Below, one piece after another: positions 38,070 through 51,194 of a DNA stretch of 64,000 bases. The translations under genes and the position numbers were made by a program. Origin of the DNA: Octopus sinensis (lineage: Eukaryota); contig NC_043005.1 in the NCBI RefSeq assembly GCF_006345805.1, positions 18,476,001 to 18,540,000 on the forward strand, given 5' to 3'. A model generated the notes under the pieces. It was not told the DNA's origin. It searched no databases and was given only the letters and a program-made list of their open reading frames with translations. How positions within the stretch are numbered: the first letter of the stretch is position 1; every line of letters begins with the position of its first letter.

Positions 38070-38985
38070 GAAGGGCTGTTCTGTATTGTTTGTGAATAGA
38101 GAAGTTGTGTTCGACCAGAGAGAATCGTAGCATCATCATTTTTTTTTTTTCCCACGTGCGTTTGTGTTATTGCAATAAAAAGTGTTTGTATATTTCCTGT
38201 AAGGTAATATTGTGGAGGTTGAAGTTGACTTTTCTAGAGATGTTTGTATGTCCAGTTAGAAGAACAGGTGTGTTTTTACAATAAAAAAGTATATGTTTAC
38301 ATTTATATTTGAATATTCAGGGAGGAAGCAAAGAAAAGTCAGATTTTCATAGAAAGTTTTAGGGTTTTGTAAGTCCACAAAAAGAAAAAAAAGAAAAAAA
38401 AGAAAAGCGTGATGTTTTTAGAGAGAAGAAAAAAAAAACAGGATGTTTACAGAGGCAATTGTGGGTATCAAAGTTTTTAAAGCTGGTCGAATGTATGATT
38501 GAAAACTGTAGATATGTAAATTTGTAAATTTTCTTAACTTATTTTGAAGGGCTGTTCTGTATTATTTGTGAATAGAGAAGCTGTGTTCGACCAGAGAGAA
38601 TCTTAGCATCATTATTTTTTCCATGTGCGTTTGTGTTATTGCAATAAAAAGTGTTTGTATATTTCGTGCAAGGTAATATTGTGGAGGTTGAAGTTGACCC
38701 CTCTAGAGATGTTTGTATGTCCAGTTAGAACAGGTGTGTTTTGCAATAAAGAGTATATGTTTACATTTATATTTGAATATTCTGGGAGGAAGCAAAGAAA
38801 AGTCAGATTTTCATAGAAATTTTAGGGTTTTGCAAGTCCACAAAAAGAAAAGCGTGATGTTTTTAGAGAGAAGAAAAAGAAGGGTGCTTACAGAGGCAGT
38901 TGTGGGTATTAAAGTTTTTAAAGCCGATCGGATGTATGTTTGAAAGCTGCAGATATGTAAATTTGTAAATTTCTTAACCCACTTT
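38070..38985. repeat. Tandem duplication, period ~476 bp, two diverged units
   Basis: gaagggctgttctgtatt... starts at both 38070 and 38546 and the units are colinear throughout. Confidence 0.92.
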
Positions 38986-39062
38986 GAAGAGAATTTCAAA
39001 TACTCACGAGGTATTGTAGATGTTCCAGTCTTTGAGAGTTATTTTTTCCCCGTTGCTAAAAC

Positions 39063-39117
<55 letters not shown>

Positions 39118-39163
39118 CATCATTATTATTATTGTTGTTGTTGTTGTTATTATTATTATTATT

Positions 39164-39476
39164 CTATGTTTGACTTTTGCTTTATGTTTGTACAAGTTGG
39201 CTCCAAGTCTCACCCAGAGACATCATGAGACAACAGGTTGGAAGTTCACGTTGTTGTTATGCCTAGTGTGCCATATATTTGGGGTTTTTTGGTGTTGTAC
39301 TAGTGAATGTCTAATACATAAATTTATTTTAAAAATTGTTTGTTTTAAACCTTGAGATTACATAGAGAGTATTTTGCGTAAGATATGAGCAGTTCCCATG
39401 AGCACTATCTTTTGAATTTCTGCCATTTTGGGGTTTCCTGGTATCTGAGTTAGGTAGCAATCAGCAATCAACCCCT
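39164..39476 (-). mobile_element. Short 5'-truncated R4/Dong-type LINE, family C
   Basis: The minus strand encodes IPGNPKMAEIQKIVLMGTAHILRKILSM* (cf. the A and B C-termini). (AAT)n flanks both sides. Confidence 0.9.
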
Positions 39477-39515
39477 TATTATTATTATTATTATTATTAT
39501 TACGGCGATACTAAG

Positions 39516-39732
39516 GGCGGTGTTCTGAAAGAATCGTTAGCACGCCGTGCAAAATGCTTAGTGGCATTTCGTCTGTCCACGTTCTGATCTCTAATTCTGC
39601 CGCGGTCGACTCTGCCTGTCATCGCTTCGGGAACGATCAAATAATTACCAGTTAAGCCCTGGGAGTCGATGTAATCGATTTACCAACCCCTTCCTCCGAA
39701 CCTGCTGGCCTTGTGCTAAAATTTGAAACTGC

Positions 39733-39735
<3 letters not shown>
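39516..39735 (+). mobile_element. Diverged SINE, ggcggcgagctggcagaa family, between (ATT)n tracts
   Basis: Homology to the other copies; long (ATT)n tail to ~39940. Confidence 0.85.
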
Positions 39736-39789
<54 letters not shown>

Positions 39790-41193
39790 CGTCATCATTA
39801 TTATTATTATTATCATTATTATTATTATTATTATTATAATTATTATTATTATTTTTTTATTATTATTATTATATCATTATTATTATTATTATTATTATTA
39901 TTTTATTATTATTATTAATTATTATTATTATTATTATTATTAATATTCATAATAAATCATTACGAAAAATTTAATCAAAGTTATTTAAGAAATTCTTCAC
40001 CCGGCATCGCTCTCTTTGCTTTTAGGGATCCCTTCCATGTACTTCCTTACTGTTCTTTGCCGTTTTTAACTTTCCGTAGTATCTCGTATTCATTGTCCTT
40101 ATTTCGTAATGCTTTCTTCATCTCCTTCCCTTTCCTTCTCATTTTCGTTACACTATCAACCCACCAGTAACATTTTTTTTCTAAGTCCCGCTGTCTTCTT
40201 CAATGCCTTACGGGCCTTGTGACATAACAGAATGACAACTATCATTTATAACAATTGTTGTATATTATTGTCATGACTTCGCGTCTAACTTTGTTACAGT
40301 ATATTTTACTGTTGTGGTTATTGTCTTTGCTTTTGCCGTTCGTATTCTTCTGCTCCCTACCACCTTATTCCTCTCTTCGTGCACGTCCTACATCGCCCTA
40401 ATCACCACCATATGCAACACTGTCATCGCCGTCGTCACATCCAGCGCCACCCTCTACACTACCGCCTACACTACATCACCGCAAACCACCACTAACGACG
40501 TCATCGTAAGCATTGCATTATCGTTGTTGTTGTTGTTGATGTTGTTATTTGCTTCGCTTACGATTATAATAAAAGGTGGGCTCGAGGAGTTAAGGTTAAA
40601 GTCCTACGCATGCGATTGTTTGAAATCTGTCATAACTGATTCAATGAGGTTATGAAGTCATCAAGTTTGTGAGTGGGAGTGAGAGTGAATGATTAAGTGA
40701 TTGAGTGAAACTTTTGAGCGAGAGTGTGTGTGAAACTAAGCAGCACCACCTCTCATTATGGGCCGCCAGAGATTGCTACTTAAAATTTCGGAAGTAAGTT
40801 AAATTTTATCCGACAATAACCGAAGCAAACTTTAATTTACTAATTTATAATGCATGCATGCCTTTATATATACATACGTATACACACAAACAAGCACAAA
40901 CACACACACACACACACGCATACACACCATCAATACATTCACGTATGTATGGTTTGTATAAATATATACATATATACACGTATATATATTGAATGCTCAA
41001 AATGATGATTAGACGGGCAGCCGACAACTGATGAAGGGTCGTTCTTTGTGTTACTTGCCATGTTTTCCCTTTTTTTCTCTCTCGTTGTTTGCGTATTTAA
41101 CTCGTTTATTTTCGTACTTCATATTGTTTACACATTGGTGACGTCCTGTAGCCATATATGCATGTGACCGCGTGTGTATCGTTCACGATTATA

Positions 41194-41227
41194 TTTCTGA
41201 CGAAGTGCTCCACTCGAAACATGAAAT
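41194..41227 (+). ncRNA. Degenerate hammerhead in a PLE-like remnant
   Basis: attt-CTGACGA-agtg ctc cact c-GAAA-catg-aaat; the cleavage-site UH is missing. Confidence 0.35.
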
Positions 41228-41465
41228 CTTCTTTCTTTTCTTTCCTTTCTCGAGCGTCCAAAAATTCTGTACTTATTCCATGTCCTCGCGGTGATATATA
41301 TATATATATATATATATGTTACATAATGAGGGTAGAAATTAAAATTATTAGTTAATACTAATTTAAACCAGTGGCTAGCATTCTTACAAAAATGTCCGAG
41401 GACTATGAATTATACTACATAAGGCTATTCCTCTTATTCATATATTTATATATATTATTATATGC

Positions 41466-41517
<52 letters not shown>

Positions 41518-41602
41518 GATATAGGATAAATTTTTTTTCTGGAAAAAAAATTTTATCAATGGCCAGCATATCAAAAAATGCCTTTAAAGGTAAAATTTAT
41601 AC

Positions 41603-41663
41603 ATAATTTACAAGATAAGGGCAGAAATTAGAATTTTTCTTCTGCCCTTATCTTGTAAATTAT
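41603..41663. repeat. Perfect 24-bp inverted repeat with a 13-nt loop
   Basis: ataatttacaagataagggcagaa / ttctgcccttatcttgtaaattat. Confidence 0.95.
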
Positions 41664-42075
41664 ATATATATCTATCAATCTATTTATCTATCTATTTATC
41701 TGTCTGCCTGTTTATCTGTCTATCTATCTATCTAACTATATTCGTGTGTGTGTTTTATTAAGTATGTATGTATGTATGTATCCACACTCCGAAACGTATA
41801 CGTAAAGACACACTCAAATTGACGGAGCGGCTCTCTCACACACATGTCGAACAGTGGAGGTTCTCTTCTTTGAGGTGAACTCGGGATGGGAGGAAGCTGA
41901 TGGCGGTTTTAATTCGACAGGAAGCCTCTTGAAGGAAAGATTCTCGTCTTTCTCACAATATAATTTTCTTTTCACTCTTTGATCTATCTGTATTATTTTT
42001 TCGGAGCAAAGTAGTCTTAATTTCAAATATTGTGCGCTTACTCGCGCGCGTGTTTGTGTGTGTATGTGTGTGTAC

Positions 42076-42149
<74 letters not shown>

Positions 42150-45039
42150 ATATGTGTGCATGTATATGTGTGTCTATTTATATATATGTATGAACTTATG
42201 AATATCTGTATTTGTATCATTTGCATGGCTACCTGCGGTTTTGCGTGACTGTATATGTTTAAACTAATGTTAGTCACTCACATACATGCAATTAACACAC
42301 ACACATAAAAGCGCGCGCATGTGCGTACACATGTACACGTTTTATTATTCACTCCTTGTTCGTGTTGTTGTTGTTGTTGTTGTTGTTCATCATCATCATC
42401 CTCTTCTTCTTCTCATTAGAAACCGACCACGTTTCGCAGAGCTTCGTTTAGGATGTATCTGTTTCCACGATGATAATGTTGAAAAATATTTGTTGAGGAT
42501 TTTTAGTTTGACAAAGGATTTAGAGTTTCCAATATTGTGCAATCAATGTACAAATCTCCGCTTACCATTGAATAGGAAAAGGTTATTGTACACACACACA
42601 CACACGACACACAATCATACATATATATTATTTTGGTTATTTATGACCAACATTGCTGACCTCTACAATAATCGGATTAATTGGCAATCTCCGAGTTAAT
42701 ACTTGCCAATATTGTCTCCAAATGTTTGAAAATATGACGGCTACTTTTAAATAAGCATTAAATAGAAAAACATGACGGTCAACAAACTTGCAGTTATAGA
42801 TAACACACTGATACACTCTTGAACAGCAATAAACTGATGCAGTCGCAATTACAGTCTATCACATGCATAAACAAATTAACAGTCACAAACGAAATCAGCT
42901 TATCGCATTCTCGACAGAAATAGAAAGCTTCATTGTGTGAGGAATTTATACACGTATGGGGAAAATGATAGATAACATACAACTGATTAAGAAATAAAGC
43001 CGGTATGATATCACTATATGTCCTCGAAAGTGAGGGTACAAGAAACCCTGATGTATATATAGCAGAGTTAGTGCTGCATCGACCAAAGAAGAGCACATGG
43101 AAGATTGCGATTGGCTTTCAAAAGCGAAAATAGGAAGGGAAAACAAAACAGCGTTGATAGGTTATACATTCGTCCACAGAGTGGAGCCTGTACATGTGAA
43201 AAATATAAGCAAATGTCAGGGCTAGAGATATTGTTCTTGACTTTACCCTTCGCTGGTTGTTACACTTGTGATACAGCAAGTGCATATGTTGAGGGGATCA
43301 GTTGTAATAAAATGTAGTTAGATGGGATCACAGTGGGTATCCAAGTCTTAAACCTAATCCTAGCCCTTCGAAGATCACAAAGTTATAACCAGATCTGCAC
43401 CCCACTAAAGGAGCGAGGAAAAATTCAATAAAGGTGGCGGTGCAGTGCATAAAATGTAGTTGTAAAGGTCAAATGTAGTTGTAAAGGCTTGAAACATAGT
43501 AAACTAATTTTAAAATGGGTAGCAGACTGCGGTAAATGTACGATCAACAACAGCAACAGGTTTCAGAAATGGTGACCCCGATAATGCTTTCGCGCTGTCT
43601 GAAACAACATCGGGCACAGCTTCTAAAATATCCAGAGCGAAAGTTAAGAAGAGAGAAAGTGCGTTGACATTACGTATTAGAACACAATACGGGTACATAA
43701 TAAATGAAGCCATATATATTTTAAGAATTTCAATATTAGTATCCTTAACAATGGATATGGAAAATTTGAGAAAGTAAACGTATTTGTTCTGCAATTTCGA
43801 TGTGCAAAAAAAAAAAAAAAGTAGAGATTCTTGACTCATAATTTCGGAGTTTCTTGGCCAATATGAAGATCCATCTGATCTTCATCAACAATCGATAGAA
43901 TAGAATACTGAGGTACTCTTTAAAGCAGGCGGGAATTAAGGTATTGCGATAGTGGAGTGCTTGATTTACACATTAGTGTTACGGTGTGAATTACAAGGAC
44001 TGAAAAGTAATTAGTTTTTAGAAAGCTTTACCTGTAAAAGAAAAGTATAAGAATATAGATACAAAAATTCTATACTTCCTATTAGAGATAAATTTTGATA
44101 GGTATCTTTTCCTCTGTTTTTTTTTTTTGCTTTTTTTGTGTTTTGCGTAAATAGAAAAATATAAGAGGAATGTGGTCTAATTCTCCAATTTTAATAAGTT
44201 CCTATCACAGCTAATACTCTAGAGAAATATTCATACATCCGCACACACACATGCACGCGTGCACACATATACACGCGCACACACACACACGCACACACAT
44301 ATCTCATGCATGTACTGATTCACACTCCCATCACTGCACAAATATACACAAATGTGTACTTATGCATTCAGATGCAAAAAAAAAGCTGTAACACATATAT
44401 GCATAACTTTATTATTTGTCTTCTTCCTTTTGAAGAAGGAGCTTCTTTCTAAGAAAAATACAATGCTCTAGCACTGAAATATATGTATGCATGCATGCGT
44501 ATATGTAAGTATGTGTGTATATATGCAAACATATATGGAAGCATATATACATCTATCAAACCATCTATGTATCTGTCTCTCTCTCCCTATATATATATAG
44601 AGAGAGAGAGAAAGAAAGAGACAGAGAAAGACAGAGAGAGAGACAGAGACAGAGAGAGAAACGTTGCAGTAAGAACGTATTATTCATATAAAATCTCTAT
44701 GATGATAGCAATAATATTTACTATAATGTTATTTTCATTGTGCTCGCTTTACATTTACTACTACTGCAACGAAAATAACTGCTTCTATCTTGAGAACTAT
44801 TAATATATAATAATTATTATTATTGTTAGCAATGTCATAATATGAAAGATTACTGCTCTTTAGAAAAAGATGTTTTTTTCTAATTTGTACTGGTTTAATT
44901 GTTACATCATCTTATAAAAGATGTTACTCTTCTATTTCTCTGTCTTTCCCTCTCTCTTCCTTTCCCTCTCTTTCCCTCTATATGTATGTGTGTATGTATG
45001 TATGTATGTATTTATATGTGTCTATTTGTGTGTGATACA

Positions 45040-45064
45040 TGCATATTACAAACCTACCTACTAC

Positions 45065-45146
<82 letters not shown>

Positions 45147-45270
45147 GTCTGTCTGTCTGTCTGTCTGTCTGTGTGTCTGTCTGTCTGTCTATCTATCTGT
45201 CTGTCTGTCTATTTAAAAGTATGTATATGTATTTATCTACTAGTCTGTCTGTCTATCTGTCTGTCTCTCT
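45040..45270. repeat. (CTAT)/(CTGT)n microsatellite
   Basis: Directly visible. Confidence 0.96.
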
Positions 45271-45727
45271 ATATATATGCATGTGTGTATGCGCACGAGG
45301 GAGTGTTTTGGAGTAGAAGAGCTATGCAGTGATGTGAATGAATACAAGCTTCTTACCAGTGCAAGTGTGTTTGGGGCATATTCAACATCATAAGAAGAAG
45401 GCTGCTCACTGTACTTTGCATGTCTTGCATTTGCCAATCTTCTTTTAAAAACAGGCCACATTTATTGCAATAACTTCTAAACTTGCTGCTGGTTGCATAT
45501 CTATGACAACGTATGCATATCACAGGGGGGTTATGGTTCTTCGCAAATCTGGTCCTCTTGAAACAGTTGCAGAGATACGACAGTGTACAATTGTCAAATA
45601 TGTGTTTGTGTATATACATATACTCACACACATACACACATTTGTTTAACTATGTTTATATTTTTATAACTTTTAAAGAGGACAACAAGGCAGACATCTC
45701 AAGTCATATACATTATTATTATCGGAA

Positions 45728-45770
45728 ATCCTTACAGCTGTTTCTGGGAGTATGTGATATTCCGTCATCG
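45728..45770 (-). ncRNA. Truncated sister of the 48176 hammerhead
   Basis: The minus strand reads gatgac-ggaatatcacatactccca-GAAA-CAGCTG-TA-agg. The 5' core and stem I are lost at the (TA)n tract. Confidence 0.6.
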
Positions 45771-45841
<71 letters not shown>

Positions 45842-46410
45842 TGTGTGTGTGTGTAAAGGGAAAGTTTACGAAAATAAACAAAAGACGAAGGCAGGTGGTG
45901 TACAAACAAACAGATGTATTAGTATAGCGCTCAGGAATAGAAAAAGTCTTTTACGTTTCGAGTCTACGCTCTTCGACAGAAAGGTACACAGAAAAAAAAA
46001 CAAGAAGAGAAACAAGGAGAGAAAAAAATGTGTGTAGTAGCTCACGATACCACAGTATGCACATAAATGTGAAACAAGGTGGAAAAAATGGTACTCGAAT
46101 ACCGGAGGTAGAGCAGTATGCTTTATTATTATTAAAGCTGCACAAACATCTAAAAAATATCGCAAAAAATTGCTACTCAGAGTTTCACGTTTGGATTGAA
46201 AAATCTAAACTGTCGGACGAACGGGAATGTGAAACTCTGGGTACCAGTTTTTTGTGATATTTTTGTGATATTTCTGTGATGTTTTTGCAGGTTTCATAAT
46301 GATACAGTGCATATGTGTGTGTGTATGTGTGTGTGTGTGTATCTATAAATGTGTTTGTATATGTATGCGTGTATATGTATATACATAGATTCATACACAC
46401 AATATATATA

Positions 46411-46670
46411 CAGGGTGTTCAAAACATCTCTCCGCAGCGAATAGTTTCAAACTCACTCTCCAAGAGTGAAACTCGCCAAAACGTATTTTAAAACATGTGT
46501 GGAACACTCAACTTATGTACTGAAAATGAAGGACGACACATTCAACACTTCTTGTAAAGTATTTTAAAGTCTTGTAAAATCCAATATATTCTTTTGTGGT
46601 CTTAAACCATCTTATAAATATGTATTTTGCAATAAAATGCTTACTGTGGACATACTTTTTGAACACCCTG
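46411..46670. mobile_element. Tc1/mariner-type MITE
   Basis: Perfect 14-bp TIR cagggtgttcaaaa; TA on the left flank. Confidence 0.8.
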
Positions 46671-47000
46671 TGTAAATATAAATGTGTCTACTTGCGCGCG
46701 TGTATGATGTATTCGCTTTTTTATTCTATCAACAAAATTTTTATTCTATCAATAAAAATTAAATAGGACAAGGTGATTTTTTCATAAGCGACTTGTAATC
46801 GTTTTAAATTTCCCCCAACAATTCTCAGCATATATACCAAGCTTCATTTTTTTTTCTCTAAACTTCTTTAATACGTTGGAAATTGTAGTATTTGTTTGAT
46901 GCTCTAAGCCTAAGCATATTCTTTATGTGGAAAAATACTATAATAAAAGAAAAGAAGTTGAACAAGGCATTTGTGAATTCGTACATATGTTTAACAGTTA

Positions 47001-47147
47001 TGCAGCACGGAATTTTGTCAGTGAACAGTGAACAGATGGCGGTTTCAAATCGACGGAAATATGTTGGCAGAATAAATTTAAATGCTGAACTGAAACTAAC
47101 GATTTTTGTGTGTTTTTAAATGGCTTATAAACACCTTCCACCCTGCA
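47001..47147 (-). mobile_element. Second copy of the 2743-2882 short element
   Basis: Reverse-complement homology. Confidence 0.65.
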
Positions 47148-47501
47148 GATATAGACAGTAAATCTGCAAACATGTACAAACATACACATTATGCACATTT
47201 TATTGTATACATCTCTCTCTCTCTCTCACTATATATATATATATATACATAGAGAGAAAGAGAGAGAGAGAGAGGAGAGAGAGTATATACGTGTGAGTGA
47301 AAAAGCGCGGGTAACAATTCAACTATTTCATGTCTTAATCTTTCGCCAGAGCTTAGTATGAATTAATGGAGTTTAGATTTCCACACTATCCACCCGTAAT
47401 AACAAAATATAAAATCCTATCGGAATCTACTTACCATCGGCAAGAAGCATTTCTACCCATTCTACACAGCACTTTACTTGGATAATGGAACTGCAACTGT
47501 A

Positions 47502-47573
<72 letters not shown>

Positions 47574-47596
47574 TATATATATATATACATATATAT

Positions 47597-47882
47597 CACG
47601 TGATATTGTGACCGACCAGACCATCAGATGTTGTTACACATCGCTGGTCACAATGCGTTCGCATTGTTTTAGCCTTCGAATGACGCCACCTCGCTGGCCA
47701 AGAAGAACGAGTGGAGAAAGAGTGGTGAAAGAGTACAGCATGGATCACCCCCCCTGCCGGAGCCTCGTGGAGCTTTTAGGTGTTTTCGCTCAATAACACT
47801 CACAGCGCCCGGTCTGGGAATCGAAACCGCGATCCTACGACCGCGAGTCCGCTCCCTAACAACTAGGCCATTGCGCCTCCAC
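47597..47882 (-). mobile_element. tRNA-derived SINE, tail type 3
   Basis: Homologous to 10868-11151. Confidence 0.9.
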
Positions 47883-47883
47883 T

Positions 47884-47953
<70 letters not shown>

Positions 47954-47991
47954 ATATATATATAATATATATATATATTATATATATATAT

Positions 47992-48036
<45 letters not shown>

Positions 48037-48175
48037 TATATATATATATACATATACATACATATTATTTTTATTATATTCTCTTATTTCCCTTTATACT
48101 TCCTATATCCATCCTTTCCCAAATATCTCCTTATATTGAACTCTGCTATTTCTCTCTGTTTAACTCTCTCATATC

Positions 48176-48223
48176 GTCTCTGATGAAGGAATATCCCTAA
48201 TATCCCAGAAACAGCTGTAAGAC
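48176..48223 (+). ncRNA. Complete minimal type I hammerhead ribozyme (PLE-type)
   Basis: GTCT-CTGATGA-aggaatat cccta atatccca-GAAA-CAGCTG-TA|AGAC. Stem I is 4 bp; predicted cleavage is after GUA at 48219. Confidence 0.8.
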
Positions 48224-48382
48224 TACCTTTCTCCTAATTAAATGTCTTATAAATTCCACACTGCCTTGGTTTTGTTGTCTCATTTTATTCAACACATGCA
48301 CACACATGCACACACATACATACAGACATTCATACATATTCGTTTGTTCCTTATGCAATATTTTCTTCGATATACTATACAG

Positions 48383-48530
48383 AACGAATCTGTTGCGACA
48401 AAGAATCCTACCGAAGAAGAAAGAGGAACCTGGGGAAATCAGATTGAGTTCTTCTTCACGTGTCTTGGATATGCTGTAGGCCTTGGCAATGTTTGGCGCT
48501 TCCCTTACTTATGTTACAGAAATGGAGGAG
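48383..48530 (+). CDS. Exon of an SLC6 sodium:neurotransmitter/amino-acid symporter (TM1 region; GlyT/PROT-like subfamily likely)
   Basis: [49 protein letters not shown](G). It has a cag acceptor (phase 0) and a GAG|gtaagt donor (phase 1) within NGGG. Confidence 0.95.
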
Positions 48531-49269
48531 GTAAGTGTTGTAGAGGTTTTGCTAGTGTTTTTATACATTTTTAAAATCAGGTTTTGGGTTTTATTGCAAG
48601 TGCCACACTTGTTGGACCACCTTCATTTGAGTTAACCTTATTATGATGGTGATGATAATGAATAATAATTATTATTATCATTTATTTTACTTTCCACAAG
48701 AGACATCAGATAAGGGGGACATTACAAAAACTGTTTACAATTTCTGTATGGGATTATGAAAATGATGAGAGAAAGGAAAATATAGGACGGATAAAATGAG
48801 AAAGAGGTACATATAGTAATTAAAACGTAGAGCCATGTATGACAAGTCCTCCTGATATGGGATAACCTTCAACAAAAGCCAAACAAGGAACTCTACGAAT
48901 CCAGGTTAACCCTTCCCATCAAAGCCACGATCCATCTCTCAACTGTTGATTTCTAATCTGCAGGTGCATTCACCCTAACTATTTATTCCTTTTTCTGCTA
49001 CAGTTACACCCACACACACACACACACACACATACACATTTGCTGAAAGAAAGAACTTCTGTTCCAACTCTCACTTTTCTCCCCAAGTGGAACTTAATAC
49101 AGTCAATGACGACTTAATCGAAGAGGGACTTGTTTTTCCCCGATCTTTTAGGTCTCGTTCACCCCACGACCTCTTTCGTCATAGCAAATAAATAGAAAAT
49201 AAATTTAGCACATCATAGGTACAGAGAAAGCGGAAGTTATAAAACCAAAACTATCTTCATTTGAAGGGG

Positions 49270-50620
49270 AATCTTCGGAAAGGACTGCTTCTCCGTCTTT
49301 TTATTCCTTATGTTAGCACTTTTAACTTATATGTTAATGGCCACTGAACGTGGATACAGATACTCTGCAGAGATATTCAGCTATCTTTTTCATGTGACCG
49401 ATGTCATGTAGTACAGAGCAGATGATAATCACAGCTGAATACAGAACACGAATTTACCAGAGAACCTCATATTAGATTCGGATTAGAAAAATAAGCCAAG
49501 ACAAACTTGAAGAGAGGAAATCAATTAAGAACAGTAAAACTAAGAGAGTTAAAGAAACACAGATAATAGAAGAAAAACAGAGATATAATTAGAAATCAAT
49601 GGAGAAGATAGTATATAGCATACTTAAATGAAAGAAAATTATGGGAAAGAATAATATAAACGCATTAGATGAATACTTAGAACAGAGCTAAATACAAACA
49701 ATGTAATATGCATCAATTTTGTGGTTGTGTCTGTTATAAGTAACATTTATGCTATTCTGAATTGGACGTTAAATGAATTAGCAAGACCAGACTGATAAAC
49801 AAAGAAAGATAATAACTGCCTTTGGAAGAACCCACGAAAAATCTCACGAAAAGAGATTATATTTACTACGAAGACAAGAAGTTACGTGTCTTGTGAAAGT
49901 AGAAACCTATTATAAAATATCCACAGTAGAACTACACAATTATCTTGTGAATATTAAGGAAAATGTAAAGCAAGTAACTTTCTTACTTTCTCAAAAACCT
50001 TTTCTTGGGTTCAAGTACGACAAATACAAAACAGACACCGAAATGAATGATAGGCTTAAGTAGAAAAGAGAATCAACATACATTATATTAAAAAAATGCA
50101 AAGTAAGCAACATTTCGGGTTGCCAAATGCAATGCATAATTCAATGTTATGAAAGGCTTCTAAATAGACAATACTCAAACACTTGAAGATGGAGGTTAGA
50201 GACGAAAACATTACAGAATATTGTTTAAGAGACGCATCGCTCATCACTGTGATAGGAGTATTGTATAAACGAATTAAAGACATTCTCTCAGAAGCAACCA
50301 AAGCATGTAATGAATTCCAATATATTTAGCGATTCAGATTATGTGGGCGGTGGGGCGAAACAATTAACGGCATTGTCTCCGTCAGCCAAATTTCATATAA
50401 GAAAAATTATTTCTACAAGCCTAATATAGTTGTGCCTGATATACACTGGAAATAATGCCAGCATCCTGAAATACCAAGAGAAACCCGTTCATATGCATAT
50501 ACACTAGGAAAGAACGAATGTTATCTGACATATGTTAATGCACAGAGACAGGGAGATCAAGGTCTAATTAGACAGATATTGTTGTCAAGAACACCAATGC
50601 CTTAACAATCAATAATCTAA
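49270..50620 (+). mobile_element. Old degenerate R4/Dong-type LINE (family A-like)
   Basis: Remnants GIFGKDCFS, FGLEK*AK, VETYYKISTVELHNYL, GETINGIVS and IHWK*CQH are colinear with families A and B. Confidence 0.75.
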
Positions 50621-51194
50621 AAGTAGAATAATCTGGAGTAGAAATTTCTGGAAATACATACATACTCGTATATACATGCATGTATACATACATATGTGTA
50701 TGTGGGTATGTATGTATATTTGTATGTATGTATGTATGTATGTATTATGTATGTATGTACATATATATATGTATGTATATTTGTATATATGTATGTATAC
50801 GATGGGAAGACTGAAAGCATACATTATCCCTATGATGAAATTTACTTCGGGAATGCAGACAAATACCTAACTGAAAGCTTAGAGTTTTGAATATGCACAG
50901 TATACACAACATAAGACTGTACAAATACCACATAATTTGAATTTAATATTCAAAACTCTTATGTGCTCAAGGCCACAAAAGCGGCCCTCCGTTGAGTTGT
51001 GAACACATAATAGAAATACAATTATTAACATATTCTTATGGAGAGAATAAGCTATGTTTGCGTTAACTTAACTATGACTTTCTATGGTAAATTTGTGAAG
51101 TTGTTTTGTTTTCTGTATAAAATTATGTAATATTCTGTGTAATCAGTCTGTATTATTGCATCGTGTTAAAGTGTCAGAGAACTTTTCAGAATTA

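Noticed and set aside
42423-42452. Minus-strand hammerhead-like gaaacgtggtc
   Set aside because: The CUGANGA core is replaced by ctaaacga, which is too degenerate to call.
43510-43839. ORF ending AVVDRTFTAVCYPF, reminiscent of a GPCR TM3 DRY region
   Set aside because: It stops immediately after the motif, has no other TM signatures and no credible splice sites.
48964-49010. cag|GTGCATTC giving G-A-F, in phase as the next SLC6 exon
   Set aside because: After GAF it reads TLTIYSFFCYSY into a (CA)n tract instead of the conserved LIPY..., and it has no donor.
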